DNA of 34,392 bases from Octopus bimaculoides (GCF_001194135.2 NC_068984.1:16216466-16250857); one strand, 5' to 3'. Counted from the first letter of the stretch, positions 21,416-32,927 are shown. Numbers and translations are program-made. Notes: a model not told the origin generated them from the letters alone.

Positions 21416-22323
21416 TCACACACACATATGTATGTCTGTGTATGTGCGCGCGTATTGTGTGTACATGCATATATGTATGTATGCATATATCTCTGTGTGT
21501 ATGTACGTACTACGTATATATGTATGTGTGTACATTATACATCATAACTACTCACGGCTCAAAAACAAGACAAGTAAAAACAAGACAAGTAAAAACAAGC
21601 AAAGACAACAAAAACCACAGACGTCTGAATGATATCAGTGAATAAGAACAAAATTGATGACATCAGCAATGATTATGTGAACAGAGCCAAGAGGTGTTAA
21701 GACGAATGGACTAAACTTCTATGAAAGGAACAAATCAATCATTTAATTGGGAAATGACGGTAGAGCGGAATAAATTAGCACTGCCAGGCATAAATTAACA
21801 TCTATTTAATTTAAAGCGGAAACATTTTGGGACGACTCTAAGCATTGCTTTATATTATAATGCACTCCGTTGCATTTCATATAGATATCACATTTCATTG
21901 CACCCATGTATGCCTCAACTCACACACACACACACATAAACATACATATATACATACATACAAACATATACCACAAGCATATGCATACAGACACGACAAA
22001 CACGCTGTGTTTTATTGCACACATATATGCACAACACTTTGTCACACTTACATACGCACACACGCACACACAAACACGCACACAGGATCATTGTGGTTAT
22101 CGTCACTGCATGTCAAAATCTTTAAAAAAAATTTCTAATGTATCATATAGATGTAATTTTTGACACTGAAACCGAATTTGTTATTCATTTATTCCAGAAA
22201 AATTATGCGAAAATGTTACAGGTGTTCAAAGTTTGATAATTTTCAGAATGTTCAGCCAATCAGCACGTTCGCTACCTCTTCCATCATCTGTCACAGTTGC
22301 AAGAAAGTGGTGGTGGTGGTGGG

Positions 22324-22935
22324 GGCACCGCCATGTCAAAACTAAACTAGTTATAGTAAACAGTTAAAAGCATTAAAAGATTCGCTAGCAAATTAAATAT
22401 TTAAAAGCTACGAGAAAACCAACAGAAATTGCTAGAAATAGCAGTCAAAACATTAAAAGATACACGACGAAAGTAAACAGTGAAAACAGTGAAAAGCATG
22501 AAAAGATTCGGGAGCAAATTAAATATTGAAAAACTACGAGCAAACCAACAGGAGTTGCTAGGAATAACAGTCAAAACATTGTTTAGAACAGACATTTATT
22601 AGTTAAAAATATTCCAAGAACGAAAGTTTGCCATATACTCTAGGATTTTATACAATAAATTATCTTTCTCATATCTCCTTCTCCACATAAATTCACAAAA
22701 ATACGAGTCAACCATGGAACGGTGGGTATCACACACCGGCGTTTGTTTCCACACCTTAAAGATGCCCAGGTACTCTCAATTTGTTGAGTGTGAGTCCCAT
22801 TTTTTGAGTTTATAAATTCAATGCTATGGTTCACAGTTTTATGTTTGAAATCATAGCCCACGATTTTTGGGATATGATTATAAGCCTTCCACAGGTCACT
22901 GAAGATAGTGGTTCCTGGAAAAACTGAGTGTCGTA
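22324..22935 (-). mobile_element. Merlin (IS1016/IS1595-like) DNA transposon, 3' remnant
   Basis: Minus-strand translation IRHSVFPGTTIFSDLWKAYNHI..GYDFKHKTVNHSIEFINSKNGTHTQQIESTWASLR matches the Merlin SDxWxAY/TVNH/HTQxIESxW motifs. It has subterminal tandem repeats. The left end (GGCACCGCCATGTC) is only a candidate TIR. Confidence 0.8.
22358..22580. repeat. two diverged ~97-bp direct repeats, period 126 bp
   Basis: 22358-22454 vs 22484-22580 (AAACAGTTAAAAGCATTAAAAGATTCG..GTCAAAACATT). Confidence 0.85.
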
Positions 22936-22937
22936 TG

Positions 22938-23260
22938 CAGACCTTGTTTACACTCCTTTGGTTACTATGGAAACAGTGGCCAAAAGTGGGTTACTCCGAA
23001 TGATCTCTGGACTTATGTCGGTCGACAGGGAGCGTAACTCGGAGATGAGGGAGACTCTCTAGGTCGAGTTGCTACTTCGCATTGTGATATCACAGCTTCT
23101 GTACTACAGACATGCAGTTAGAATGTCACAGGAAATAATTACAAGACGGGTTCTTCAGTGGAGGAGGAGACCTAGGGGTAGACTAATGATGTAATGTTGA
23201 ATAACATCCACACATTCAGTTGATCTTGCCTAGGAATCCAAAGACTCTATACCACGATTC
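22938..23260 (+). mobile_element. RTE-clade LINE 3' fragment, old
   Basis: Frameshifted GLLRMISG..DRERNSEMRETL..SQLL..HAVRMSQE..RRVLQ..RPRGR motifs of the RTE C-terminal region. Confidence 0.6.
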
Positions 23261-23270
23261 TCCTAGAAAA

Positions 23271-23383
23271 ATCTGATATTTAGGATTAATATACAGAAAT
23301 GCGTTTAACTTGACCTGTTTCAATCATAAATAATCATTTGCTATAGACCTCTCCATCCATTTTCTTCACTATTCCCGGAAGGT
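23271..23383. repeat. unclassified dispersed repeat, copy 2
   Basis: Homologous to 16730-16846. Confidence 0.85.
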
Positions 23384-24058
23384 GACCAAGTTAGTAGAGG
23401 GGGAGGGTGTGCTGAAAGTGTAGCTGCTAGAATAAGAATAGCCTGGGCAAAGTTCAGAGAGCTCTTAGCTCTGCTGGTGACAAAGGGCCTCTCGCTCAGA
23501 GTAAAAGGCAGACTGTATGATGCATGTGTATGAACAGCCATGATACATGGCAGTGAAACATGGGCCATGACTGCTGAGGACGTGCGTAAGCTCGCAAGGA
23601 ATGAAGCCAGTATGCTCCGATGGATGTGTAATGTCAGTGTGCATACTTGACAGAGTGTAAGTATCTTGAGAGAAAAATTGAACCTAAGAAGCATCAGTTG
23701 TGGGGTGCAAGAGAGACGATTGCGCTGTTATGGACATGTGGCGAGAATGGATGAGGATAGCTCTGTGAAAAAGTGCTACACCCTAGCGGTTGAGGGAACC
23801 TGTGGAAGAGGTAGACCAAAGAAGACCTGGGATGAGGTGGTGAAGCACGACCTTCGAACATTAGGCCTCACCGAGGCAATGACTTGTGACCGAGACCTTT
23901 GAAAATATGCTGTGCGTGAGAAGACCCGGCAAGCCAAGTGAGACCTAAATCCAAGGCCTCTGCCAGGAGTATAGCCAGCCCACTTATGCGTACCTTTCCT
24001 TCATTGGACACCAAACTCCGCTTGCGAAGACCTGTTTAGGCAAGTGAAATCGAACCAG
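23381..24058 (+). mobile_element. RTE-clade LINE, 5'-truncated, relatively young
   Basis: GDQVSRGGGCAESVAARIRIAWAKFRELL..KGRLYDACV*TAMIHGSETW..MLRWMC..RRLRCYGHVARM..GRGRPKKTWDEVVKHDL..KTRQAK* (stop 23939-23941). Three in-frame stops and no frameshift. The 3' UTR end is approximate. Confidence 0.92.
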
Positions 24059-24303
24059 TTGTATACATATATACATCTGTATATATGTGTATATATGTTG
24101 TCAACAATTACAGCCAAAGAGTTAAGGAATGGAGTAGATAAGATCCGGGCTATATATGTATCATAACGATTAGAGCCTCCGAAGTGGTAAATATCGAAAC
24201 GAAGCCAAGGATGTCTTGATTAAATGGAAGTTTATATTATCGCAAGGAGGTACATGTTAACACATGCAAGATTCGATCAGAATGTGTAGAGAGCACAGTG
24301 TGC

Positions 24304-24306
<3 letters not shown>

Positions 24307-24339
<33 letters not shown>

Positions 24340-24560
24340 NNNNNNNNNNNNNNNNNNNNNNNNNNNNNNNNNNNNNNNNNNNNNNNNNNNNNNNNNNNNN
24401 NNNNNNNNNNNNNNNNNNNNNNNNNNNNNNNNNNNNNNNNNNNNNNNNNNNNNNGTACATATATATGTGTGTTCTGTATGTATTTATAGCGAGAGAGAGA
24501 GAGAGAGAGAGAGGGAGAAAGAGAGAGGGAGAAAGGGAGAAAGAGAGAGACGAGGAGGAG

Positions 24561-24595
<35 letters not shown>
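24307..24595. repeat. (TA)n, gap 24340-24454, then a (GA)n tract
   Basis: Seen directly. Confidence 0.9.
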
Positions 24596-24597
<2 letters not shown>

Positions 24598-24767
24598 AAC
24601 GGTGTATTAAAAATTATGGGCGTTTTTATATGTATCTAGCCTTACTAAACGGAAAGGAAAATGAATGACTCATTAGAGATAATCAGTCGGGATTGTGGAA
24701 CCCTGTTTGTTTTGTACTCAAAATATAATGTATAACAGAGCAGACCACTTTACGAATTAAATTCTAC

Positions 24768-24784
24768 CACACACACACCCAAAT

Positions 24785-24838
<54 letters not shown>

Positions 24839-25003
24839 NNNNNNNNNNNNNNNNNNNNNNNNNNNNNNNNNNNNNNNNNNNNNNNNNNNNNNNNNNNNNN
24901 NNNNNNNNNNNNNNNNNNNNNNNNNNNNNNNNNNNNNNNNNNNNNNNNNNNNNNNNNNNNNNNNNNNNNNNNNNNNNNNNNNNNNNNNNNNNNNNNNNNN
25001 NNN
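24768..25003. repeat. (CA)n followed by gap 24839-25003
   Basis: Seen directly. Confidence 0.9.
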
Positions 25004-25118
25004 GGTATGCATGGGCGACTTCTGGTTTTCCATAAACAACCTTGCCCGGACTTGTGCCTGGGAGGGTAACTTTCTAGGTGCAATCCCATGGTCAGTCATG
25101 ACCGAAGGGGGTCTCAAC

Positions 25119-25282
25119 ATATATATATATATATATATATACGACGGGCTTCTTTCAGTTTCCGTCTACCAAATCCACTCGCAAAACTTTGGTCAACCCG
25201 AGGCTACAGTACAAGACACTTACCCAAGGTTCCACGCAGTGGGACTGAAGCCGGAACCATGTGGTTGGGAAGTAAGCTTCTT
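25119..25282 (-). mobile_element. SINE-A, 5' half, head truncated
   Basis: Reverse complement of 7195-7360. Confidence 0.88.
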
Positions 25283-25654
25283 TATTTCATTATATTAGCA
25301 ATGAAGGCTGTACATAGAGAAGAAGCTGCGGGCTAGACAAATACAGTAATGAAATGAAATGATAACGAAAATTAGTAACAATGAGAGGGGCACCGGCTCC
25401 GGCCGACCGATAACCCCTCGAAAACATAGTTCAATTTTACAATTACAATTTTACAAAATTAAATTTCACAAAATTCAACAGTTCTTCAGTACTCCTTATC
25501 CGGGCCCCCAAGCAAGGTTTCTGCCACTTGCCGAAAGCCCTGTACTGGTAGGGCCGGACGGAGGGAAACAAAGTGGGTGGTGGAAAAAATCTGGAAAATT
25601 AATAAGCGTGGAGGACGATTGTTCAAGATCCCAGAGTTGATGGAATTTATATCT

Positions 25655-25720
25655 CACTACTACTACTACTACTACTACTACCATTACCACCACCACCTTC
25701 CCACCCACCATCTCCAAAAC
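25655..25720. repeat. (CTA)n/(CCA)n microsatellite
   Basis: Seen directly. Confidence 0.85.
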
Positions 25721-25980
25721 ACAAATAACCAATTTCCCAATACAAGCATCGCCAAACCAACACAGCCACCATCGCCATCAACAACAGCATCAAGGAATAA
25801 GAATGCGGTTAAAGACCAACAGGGAATCTATAAATAGTATCAATATCAGCCCAAATCAAGATTGGTAAGATTAGTTTGGAACTTAGAACTGAGACGTGAC
25901 ATATTATTAGAAAGGAAGGAAAAAAAAATTGCTTGACCTCGCGACCGTCTCCATTAAAAAAGACAGAAAGATAGATAGTG

Positions 25981-26006
25981 ATAGAGAGGAGAGGGAGAGA
26001 GAGAGA

Positions 26007-26046
<40 letters not shown>
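25981..26046. repeat. (GA)n microsatellite
   Basis: Seen directly. Confidence 0.95.
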
Positions 26047-26055
<9 letters not shown>

Positions 26056-26165
26056 AGAACAAAAGAAGATGATTATAAAGCAAACGGTAATTATGTTAAT
26101 GATGATGATAATAATAGTAATAAATAATATCTGACCGTCTGTCTATTTGTCTGCTTGTCTATCTA

Positions 26166-26890
26166 NNNNNNNNNNNNNNNNNNNNNNNNNNNNNNNNNNN
26201 NNNNNNNNNNNNNNNNNNNNNNNNNNNNNNNNNNNNNNNNNNNNNNNNNNNNNNNNNNNNNNNNNNNNNNNNNNNNNNNNNNNNNNNNNNNNNNNNNNNN
26301 NNNNNNNNNNNNNNNNNNNNNNNNNNNNNNNNNNNNNNNNNNNNNNNNNNNNNNNNNNNNNNNNNNNNNNNNNNNNNNNNNNNNNNNNNNNNNNNNNNNN
26401 NNNNNNNNNNNNNNNNNNNNNNNNNNNNNNNNNNNNNNNNNNNNNNNNNNNNNNNNNNNNNNNNNNNNNNNNNNNNNNNNNNNNNNNNNNNNNNNNNNNN
26501 NNNNNNNNNNNNNNNNNNNNNNNNNNNNNNNNNNNNNNNNNNNNNNNNNNNNNNNNNNNNNNNNNNNNNNNNNNNNNNNNNNNNNNNNNNNNNNNNNNNN
26601 NNNNNNNNNNNNNNNNNNNNNNNNNNNNNNNNNNNNNNNNNNNNNNNNNNNNNNNNNNNNNNNNNNNNNNNNNNNNNNNNNNNNNNNNNNNNNNNNNNNN
26701 NNNNNNNNNNNNNNNNNNNNNNNNNNNNNNNNNNNNNNNNNNNNNNNNNNNNNNNNNNNNNNNNNNNNNNNNNNNNNNNNNNNNNNNNNNNNNNNNNNNN
26801 NNNNNNNNNNNNNNNNNNNNNNNNNNNNNNNNNNNNNNNNNNNNNNNNNNNNNNNNNNNNNNNNNNNNNNNNNNNNNNNNNNNNNNNNNN
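26166..26890. other. assembly gap
   Basis: N-run. Confidence 1.
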
Positions 26891-26895
26891 NATAT

Positions 26896-27277
26896 ATTCT
26901 TTTATTTGTTTCAGTCATTTGACTGTGGCCATGCTGGAACACCGCCTTTAGTCGAGCAAATAGACTCCAGGACTTATTCTTTGTAAGCCTAGTTCTTATT
27001 CTATCGGCCGAACAGCTAAGTTACGGGGACGTAAATACATCAACATCGGTTGTGAAGCGATGGTGGGGGACAAACACGGGCACACAAACACACACATATA
27101 TATATATAAAATACGACGGGCTTCTTTCAGTTTCTGTCTAACAAATCCATTCACAAGGCTTTAGTGGGCCCGAGGCTATAGTAGGAGACATATGCCCAAG
27201 GTGCCACGCAGAGGGGCTGAACCTGGAACCATGTGGTTGGTAAGCAAGCTATTTCCCACACAGCCACTCCCGCGCCT
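26896..27277 (-). mobile_element. SINE-A, full-length copy with a short internal microsatellite
   Basis: Reverse complement of 7164-7617. Confidence 0.93.
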
Positions 27278-27365
27278 ATGTCTAATTGTCATATTTGCAT
27301 ATATTTGCTACAAACATAAATGTTACAAACCCAGAGAAAACACATAGAATACGTGTACTTTGTGT

Positions 27366-27602
27366 AAGGCGGCGAGCTGGCAGAAACGTTAGCACGCCGG
27401 ACGAAATGCCTAGCGGTATTTCGTCTGCCGTTACGTTCTGGGTTCAAATTCCGCCGCGGTCGACTTTGCCTTTCATCCTTTCGGGGTCGATAAATTAAGT
27501 ACCAGTTACGCACTGGGTTCGATATAATCGACTTAATCCCTTTGTCTGTCCTTGTGTATCCTCTCTATGTTTAGTCCCTTGTGGGCAATAAAGAAATAAG
27601 AA
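27366..27602 (+). mobile_element. SINE-B, full-length copy
   Basis: Near-identical to 5392-5617. Confidence 0.92.
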
Positions 27603-27630
27603 TCATTATCGTGTCGGTGAAAAAATAATT

Positions 27631-27805
27631 ACCAGTATTTCTTCCGATTTTACGTTCCCAGTTCAAATGCTGACGAAGTCGACTTTGCCTTTCATTCGCC
27701 TTTCGGAGTCGATAAAATAAGTACCAGGTGAACACTGGGGTCGATGTAATCAGCTTACCCCTCACCCGAAATTGTTGGCATTGTGCCAAAATTTGAAATC
27801 CATAT
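27631..27805 (+). mobile_element. SINE-B variant with the alternative tail (GAAATTG..GTGCCAAAATTTGAAA), 5'-truncated
   Basis: Shares the B box and central domain with 27366-27602. The tail matches 29160-29205 and 30310-30345. Confidence 0.8.
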
Positions 27806-28214
27806 TTGTACTTAGCTAAATTTCTCACGTTTTAGTTACTTTAGCTCTTTTTTTCTGTTCAGTCAATAAATTTCCTTTATATAACGAGGCGTGAGTACAT
27901 AAGTTGATTCAACTCGTTTGGCAACCTATCCTCTCTCTCTCTCTCGCTTCCTCTCGTTGATATCACTTCTAAAATCCCATTTACTCTGGCTCAAATTCTC
28001 TCTTCCGCAGTCGTACAACTACATCTACTTCCTTTACCGTTTTCCGAGCACCTCTTGTGCGGAAAACACTTCAATTGTAATTCATTTTTTATCAGAGTTA
28101 TCTGTCTCCCCTTGCCCTTCTCTGAAGTATTGTCTTCAACGCTTACAACTCGCTTTAGCTCTTACACTTACCCTATACTGTATGCCGCTGCTAGAGAACT
28201 CGAATCATTTTTAA

Positions 28215-28317
<103 letters not shown>

Positions 28318-28564
28318 TATATACAGACATACAAGGTGATATAAATTCGAACCTGTATTATTTCGTTCTATAATTATCTGTGAATGAAATAAATTCTATT
28401 GATTTCGTTTATAGTTAAGATATATCGATGAAATCATTATAAATATATCTATGAAAGTATTTTATTGATTATTTTATTGATTCTATTTTATTTAATTTAG
28501 TTTAAATGCTATCTCAAAGTGATCGACTGAATATTGTGCTTCTAATGGCAAGGATTATTTGTTC

Positions 28565-28890
28565 TCCAGTATTTCTTCAACACGAGCGGAGAAGCTTGTA
28601 TGGAAAGCATCCTTCAAGCGACAACATTAAAACAAACTTATAAACGATTTTGTTTAGCGGGTAGTATCACTGATTTGTCAAGGAGAGATCGTCCTCGTGT
28701 CATTGATGAAAATCTTGCCAAAATTATGATTCATTATGAAGAAAACCAATATCGATCCATTAGAAGGCATCTAAGGAAATGGGAATGTCATATGAAACAA
28801 TCAGCAAATGTTCGTAATTCACTATTGAGATGAAAACTTTCCTCTACTCTTTAATCCAATAAATTATGCCAGATGAAGATGCCGCTGGAA
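28565..28890 (+). mobile_element. Tc1/mariner-superfamily transposase N-terminal remnant (DUF4817-like HTH)
   Basis: YKRFCLAGSITDLSRRDRPRV..ENLAKI..EENQYRSIRR..EMGMSYETISK resembles the KF.ETGSV.D..RSGRPR..EN..P..S.RR.S..LG.S..TV pattern. It is frameshifted and cut by a SINE. Confidence 0.6.
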
Positions 28891-28891
28891 T

Positions 28892-29025
28892 TGAATATTG
28901 GTTTCGAGCTTTGGCGCAATGCCAGCAAGTTCGGAGGAGGGATAGACCGATAAGATCGACACTATTTATGAACTGATCCTTGTTTTATCGACCCCGAAAG
29001 GATGAAAGGCAAAGTGTACCTCCGG
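28892..29025 (-). mobile_element. SINE-B variant, 3' part, inverted
   Basis: TTTTATCGACCCCGAAAGGATGAAAGGCAAAGT at 28983-29015. Confidence 0.8.
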
Positions 29026-29034
29026 ACAAAATGC

Positions 29035-29208
29035 ATAACGGCGTTTCTTCCGACTTTATGTTCTGAGTTCAAATGCCGCTGGGATCGACTTTGCCTTTCA
29101 TCCTTTCGGAGTCGATAAAATAAGAACCAGTTGAGTACTGGGGTTGATGTAATCGAGTAGCCCCTTCCCACGGAATTGCTGGCCTTAAGCCAAAATTTGA
29201 AGCTAATA
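29035..29208 (+). mobile_element. SINE-B variant, 5'-truncated
   Basis: GAGTTCAAATGCC..CGACTTTGCCTTTCATCCTTTCGGAGTCGATAAAA..GCCAAAATTTGAA. Confidence 0.85.
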
Positions 29209-29555
29209 TTTTGATGGGACGCAGGTTACTTCTGAATGGGGCAATGATTCAACAGGACGTCTGACAAAATGAAATGAATATTTTGTTTCATTATTATGCA
29301 ACGTTACACATTTTATGTACATGTAACATATAAGTAAACAATAAATAACCCTTTTCCTGGAAATCATTGTTATGTAATGAAAATCGACTTCATTCCTTAT
29401 TTCTTTATTATATATAATATATATATTATATATATATACATATTACATATAAGATGTATCCATCATAGGATTCCCTCACGCTAGAAAGAACAACTAAGTT
29501 CCAAACCACTATTAGGGATAAAATTTCGAAAGGAATGAAAAATAAAAATATTTAC

Positions 29556-29692
29556 CATCTAGCTCCTGAACCAATGGTTTCTGACTTATTTTCGCAAATG
29601 AAATAATTTGCTTCCTGCTGATGAAGACTTCACCTAGCAAATTATTTTATTCGCTAAAATAAGTCAGAAACCATTGGTTCAGGAGCTAGATG
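29556..29692. repeat. 57-bp inverted repeat with a 23-nt spacer
   Basis: 29556-29612 vs the reverse complement of 29636-29692, 3 mismatches. The right arm ends at a gap. Confidence 0.9.
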
Positions 29693-29972
29693 NNNNNNNN
29701 NNNNNNNNNNNNNNNNNNNNNNNNNNNNNNNNNNNNNNNNNNNNNNNNNNNNNNNNNNNNNNNNNNNNNNNNNNNNNNNNNNNNNNNNNNNNNNNNNNNN
29801 NNNNNNNNNNNNNNNNNNNNNNNNNNNNNNNNNNNNNNNNNNNNNNNNNNNNNNNNNNNNNNNNNNNNNNNNNNNNNNNNNNNNNNNNNNNNNNNNNNNN
29901 NNNNNNNNNNNNNNNNNNNNNNNNNNNNNNNNNNNNNNNNNNNNNNNNNNNNNNNNNNNNNNNNNNNNNNNN
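29693..29972. other. assembly gap
   Basis: N-run. Confidence 1.
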
Positions 29973-30137
29973 ATATATATGAGTTAGTGTGTATGCATGA
30001 ATATGTTATATACTAACTTTGTCCGTTAAGTGGAGCACATGTTGTTTGGAGGGAAAGGGTTCGAAGTGGAGTGTGAGACAAAAAAGGTTGAAAAACACTC
30101 GCCTTATATAAAATTGACATTATTTGATAAGCGTTTC

Positions 30138-30348
30138 GTCTGGCAGAAACGTTAGCACGCCGGGCAAAATGCTTAGTGGTATTTCGTCTGTATTTACGTT
30201 CTGAGTTCAAATTCCGCCGAGGTCGACTTAGCCTTTCATCCTTTCGGGGTCGCTAAATTAAGTACCAGTTGCGTACTGAGATCGATGTAATCGACTGGAC
30301 CCTTCTCTCAAAATTTCGGGCCTTGTGCCTAAAGTAGAAAAGAATAAT
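30138..30348 (+). mobile_element. SINE-B variant copy
   Basis: CTGGCAGAAACGTTAGCACGCCGGG..GAGTTCAAATTCCGCCGAGGTCGACTTAGCCTTTCATCC. Confidence 0.9.
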
Positions 30349-30549
30349 ACCTTTTATACATCATTATCAATAATGTTATTTATTAAAACACCAGAAGGAT
30401 TGTCAACGGCCCGGTCGAAGCTGTGCAGCGAAATTTTCGTCACCTCTTGAAATAAATATAAAGTGAATTTAACAGGTTTCAATGTCATTAAAGGGCTAGA
30501 ATGACTCATGAACGATCTAGTTGTTTCATCGAGACGGAACATATTTATG

Positions 30550-31338
30550 GGATCTAGTTCAAAACGGGGGCACCAGTTTTCATTTATGTTTTATGTAGTG
30601 TTTTTGGTACCGAAAGACTTTCAAACTTCGTATACTTATCTATTTTGTGTTATAGAACAGAAAAAAATTTTTGTATTCGAATTTATTTCATGTAAAAAAT
30701 TGTCTTATTTCGATAATTTCAACCAATCACTGACAAGTATTCAACTGTTTACAGTTACTCCTTTGGCAGTTTAAGCGGTGTAAAGCGTATTTAATCTCCA
30801 AGGGTTAGGGTTAGTCCTAGAAATAGCAGCCAAATATTCCTCAAATCACGGTACATAGAAAATTAGCGAAGAGTTGTTGAACAGAAAATAAATACAAACA
30901 CAGATACGCACAGNNNNNNNNNNNNNNNNNNNNNNNNNNNNNNNNNNNNNNNNNNNNNNNNNNNNNNNNNNNNNNNNNNNNNNNNNNNNNNNNNNNNNNN
31001 NNNNNNNNNNNNNNNNNNNNNNNNNNNNNNNNNNNNNNNGTTTATTAGCTACTGCCAATATGCTTCAACCATTTTTTGACAAGGAAATAATAATTTTATC
31101 ACCGCCAGAATCGTTTGTTTACGTAGTCAGCATTTACTGTATTCGGCTGAATGGACGTCAGTCATTGGTTGAAATTACAGAAATACGACAACTTTAACAT
31201 GAAATAAGTTGCAATCTAATAATTTTTCTTAAGAAGACTAAGAGAAAAAGATGTTTTATATGACACATTCTACCAGTGTCCCAAGTTTCAAAGTGTTTCG
31301 TTAAGAAAATACTGGCGCCCCCGTTTTGAACTAGATCC
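30550..31338. mobile_element. MITE with GG-starting 27-bp TIRs and an 8-bp TSD (Merlin- or MuDR-like); contains gap 30914-31039
   Basis: TIR GGATCTAGTTCAAAACGGGGGC(A/G)CCAGT at 30550-30576 and, inverted, at 31312-31338. TSD TATTTATG at 30542-30549 and 31339-31346. Confidence 0.88.
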
Positions 31339-31779
31339 TATTTATGGACTATTGCTGGAGAGTTTGAACATACAGTGCTTAAAATACGCTTTTATTTTTA
31401 TACCAATTATTATTGAAGCGATAAGTTGTATTGATATCCACGTGGATGAAAGTACGGCTAAACTTGGATTTTTTTGAGAAATAATGTAACTGCATAATTC
31501 ATACGCAGTTAATAAGAACGATGTCTGGTATGGGACAATGATAATAATAATAATAATCTATAAGATCTTAAAATTTGTAGGATAAATTGCTGTGCAAAAC
31601 ATGGCGTAGGAACCGAGACACTTTTCTTTACAGACTTACCATCGAGCAGGTGGCCAGAAAAAAGAAAACTGTAAACTTCCAGTCGAGTAGAAGACATACA
31701 TACAATTATTATTACATATCGGCTCTAAACGGATGAAGACAATCTCATAGACATACACAAATATGTACATAATCATACT

Positions 31780-31886
31780 TACAGTCCCATGTATGTACAT
31801 ACATATAAATACGAACACATACACAAATGCACACATGCGCGCACATATACACAATACTTACATACATTGTGTTCGAACGCGCGCGC

Positions 31887-31941
<55 letters not shown>

Positions 31942-32100
31942 TATGTATATATGTGTGTATGTGTATATACATATACACACACATTATATATAATATATAT
32001 ACATATACATATATATATATACACACATATATATTCATATATATATGCATATATATACATATGCACACACACACACACACATATATATTTACTAACGTAC
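31780..32100. repeat. degenerate CA/TA microsatellite field
   Basis: Seen directly. Confidence 0.9.
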
Positions 32101-32226
32101 GCACAATACATGAAGAATTAGGAAGACGACAATATGTCTACCTAACAAGATTAACAATGAGACTTTTTAAAATTCTAATTATTTTATGAGATTCATCCTT
32201 ACTTTATTGGAAGAATATCAATAAGG

Positions 32227-32229
<3 letters not shown>

Positions 32230-32277
<48 letters not shown>

Positions 32278-32470
32278 TCTCTCTCTTACACACACATTCA
32301 CACAAACACACACACACACAAATATATGCATATATGTGTCTATATATATGTGTATGCATGTCTGTATATATGCATATACATATATGCACACACACTTATG
32401 TGTATTGTGTGTGTGTGTGTGTGTGTGTGCGTGCGTGTGTGTGTGTGCGTGCGTGTGTGTGTGTGTGTGT
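32230..32470. repeat. (CT)n(CA)n then (TA)/(TG)n microsatellites
   Basis: Seen directly. Confidence 0.9.
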
Positions 32471-32706
32471 GAGGCGCGTGACATAGTGGTTTAGGTGTTA
32501 CACTCGTGATCGTAACATTGTGGTTTCGAGTCCTGAGTCGGGCAATGCGTCGCGTTCTTGAGCAAAGCATTCTATTTCACGTTGCTCTACTCCACTAAGT
32601 TGGGAAAAATGAGTAATTCTGCGACCGGACTGGTGGAATATACACGCCATAAATTCGGGCAAACTGTCCTTATGAGCCTATGGCTCACGAAGGACCCTTG
32701 ATTTCC
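32471..32706 (+). mobile_element. SINE-C variant with the short tail
   Basis: tRNA-like head with B box GGTTTCGAGTCC. Body and tail are homologous to 19389-19610. Confidence 0.8.
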
Positions 32707-32744
32707 TTTGGTATACATACATATATGCATACATACACATATTT

Positions 32745-32868
32745 TTATCTATCTACTTAACTGTCTGTCAGTCAGTCTTTCAGTCTATCTGTCTGTTTGT
32801 CTGTCTATGTCTGTCTGTCGGTCTGCCTATTTATCTATCTATGTATCTGTCTCTACCTATCTATCTTC

Positions 32869-32926
<58 letters not shown>
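32745..32926. repeat. (CTGT)n/(CTAT)n microsatellite
   Basis: Seen directly. Confidence 0.9.

Positions 32927-32927
<1 letters not shown>

Noticed and set aside
22902-22940. CTGAAGA..GAAA as a hammerhead core
   Set aside because: Stem III cannot pair, and the sequence is explained as Merlin transposase coding sequence on the other strand.
25490-25560. GC-rich stem-loops resembling a twister or HDV ribozyme
   Set aside because: Only a short GCCCGGATAAGGAG similarity; the required pseudoknot pairings and conserved core are absent.
30801-30813. GGGTTAGGGTTAG as an interstitial telomere
   Set aside because: Only two units, inside a MITE.
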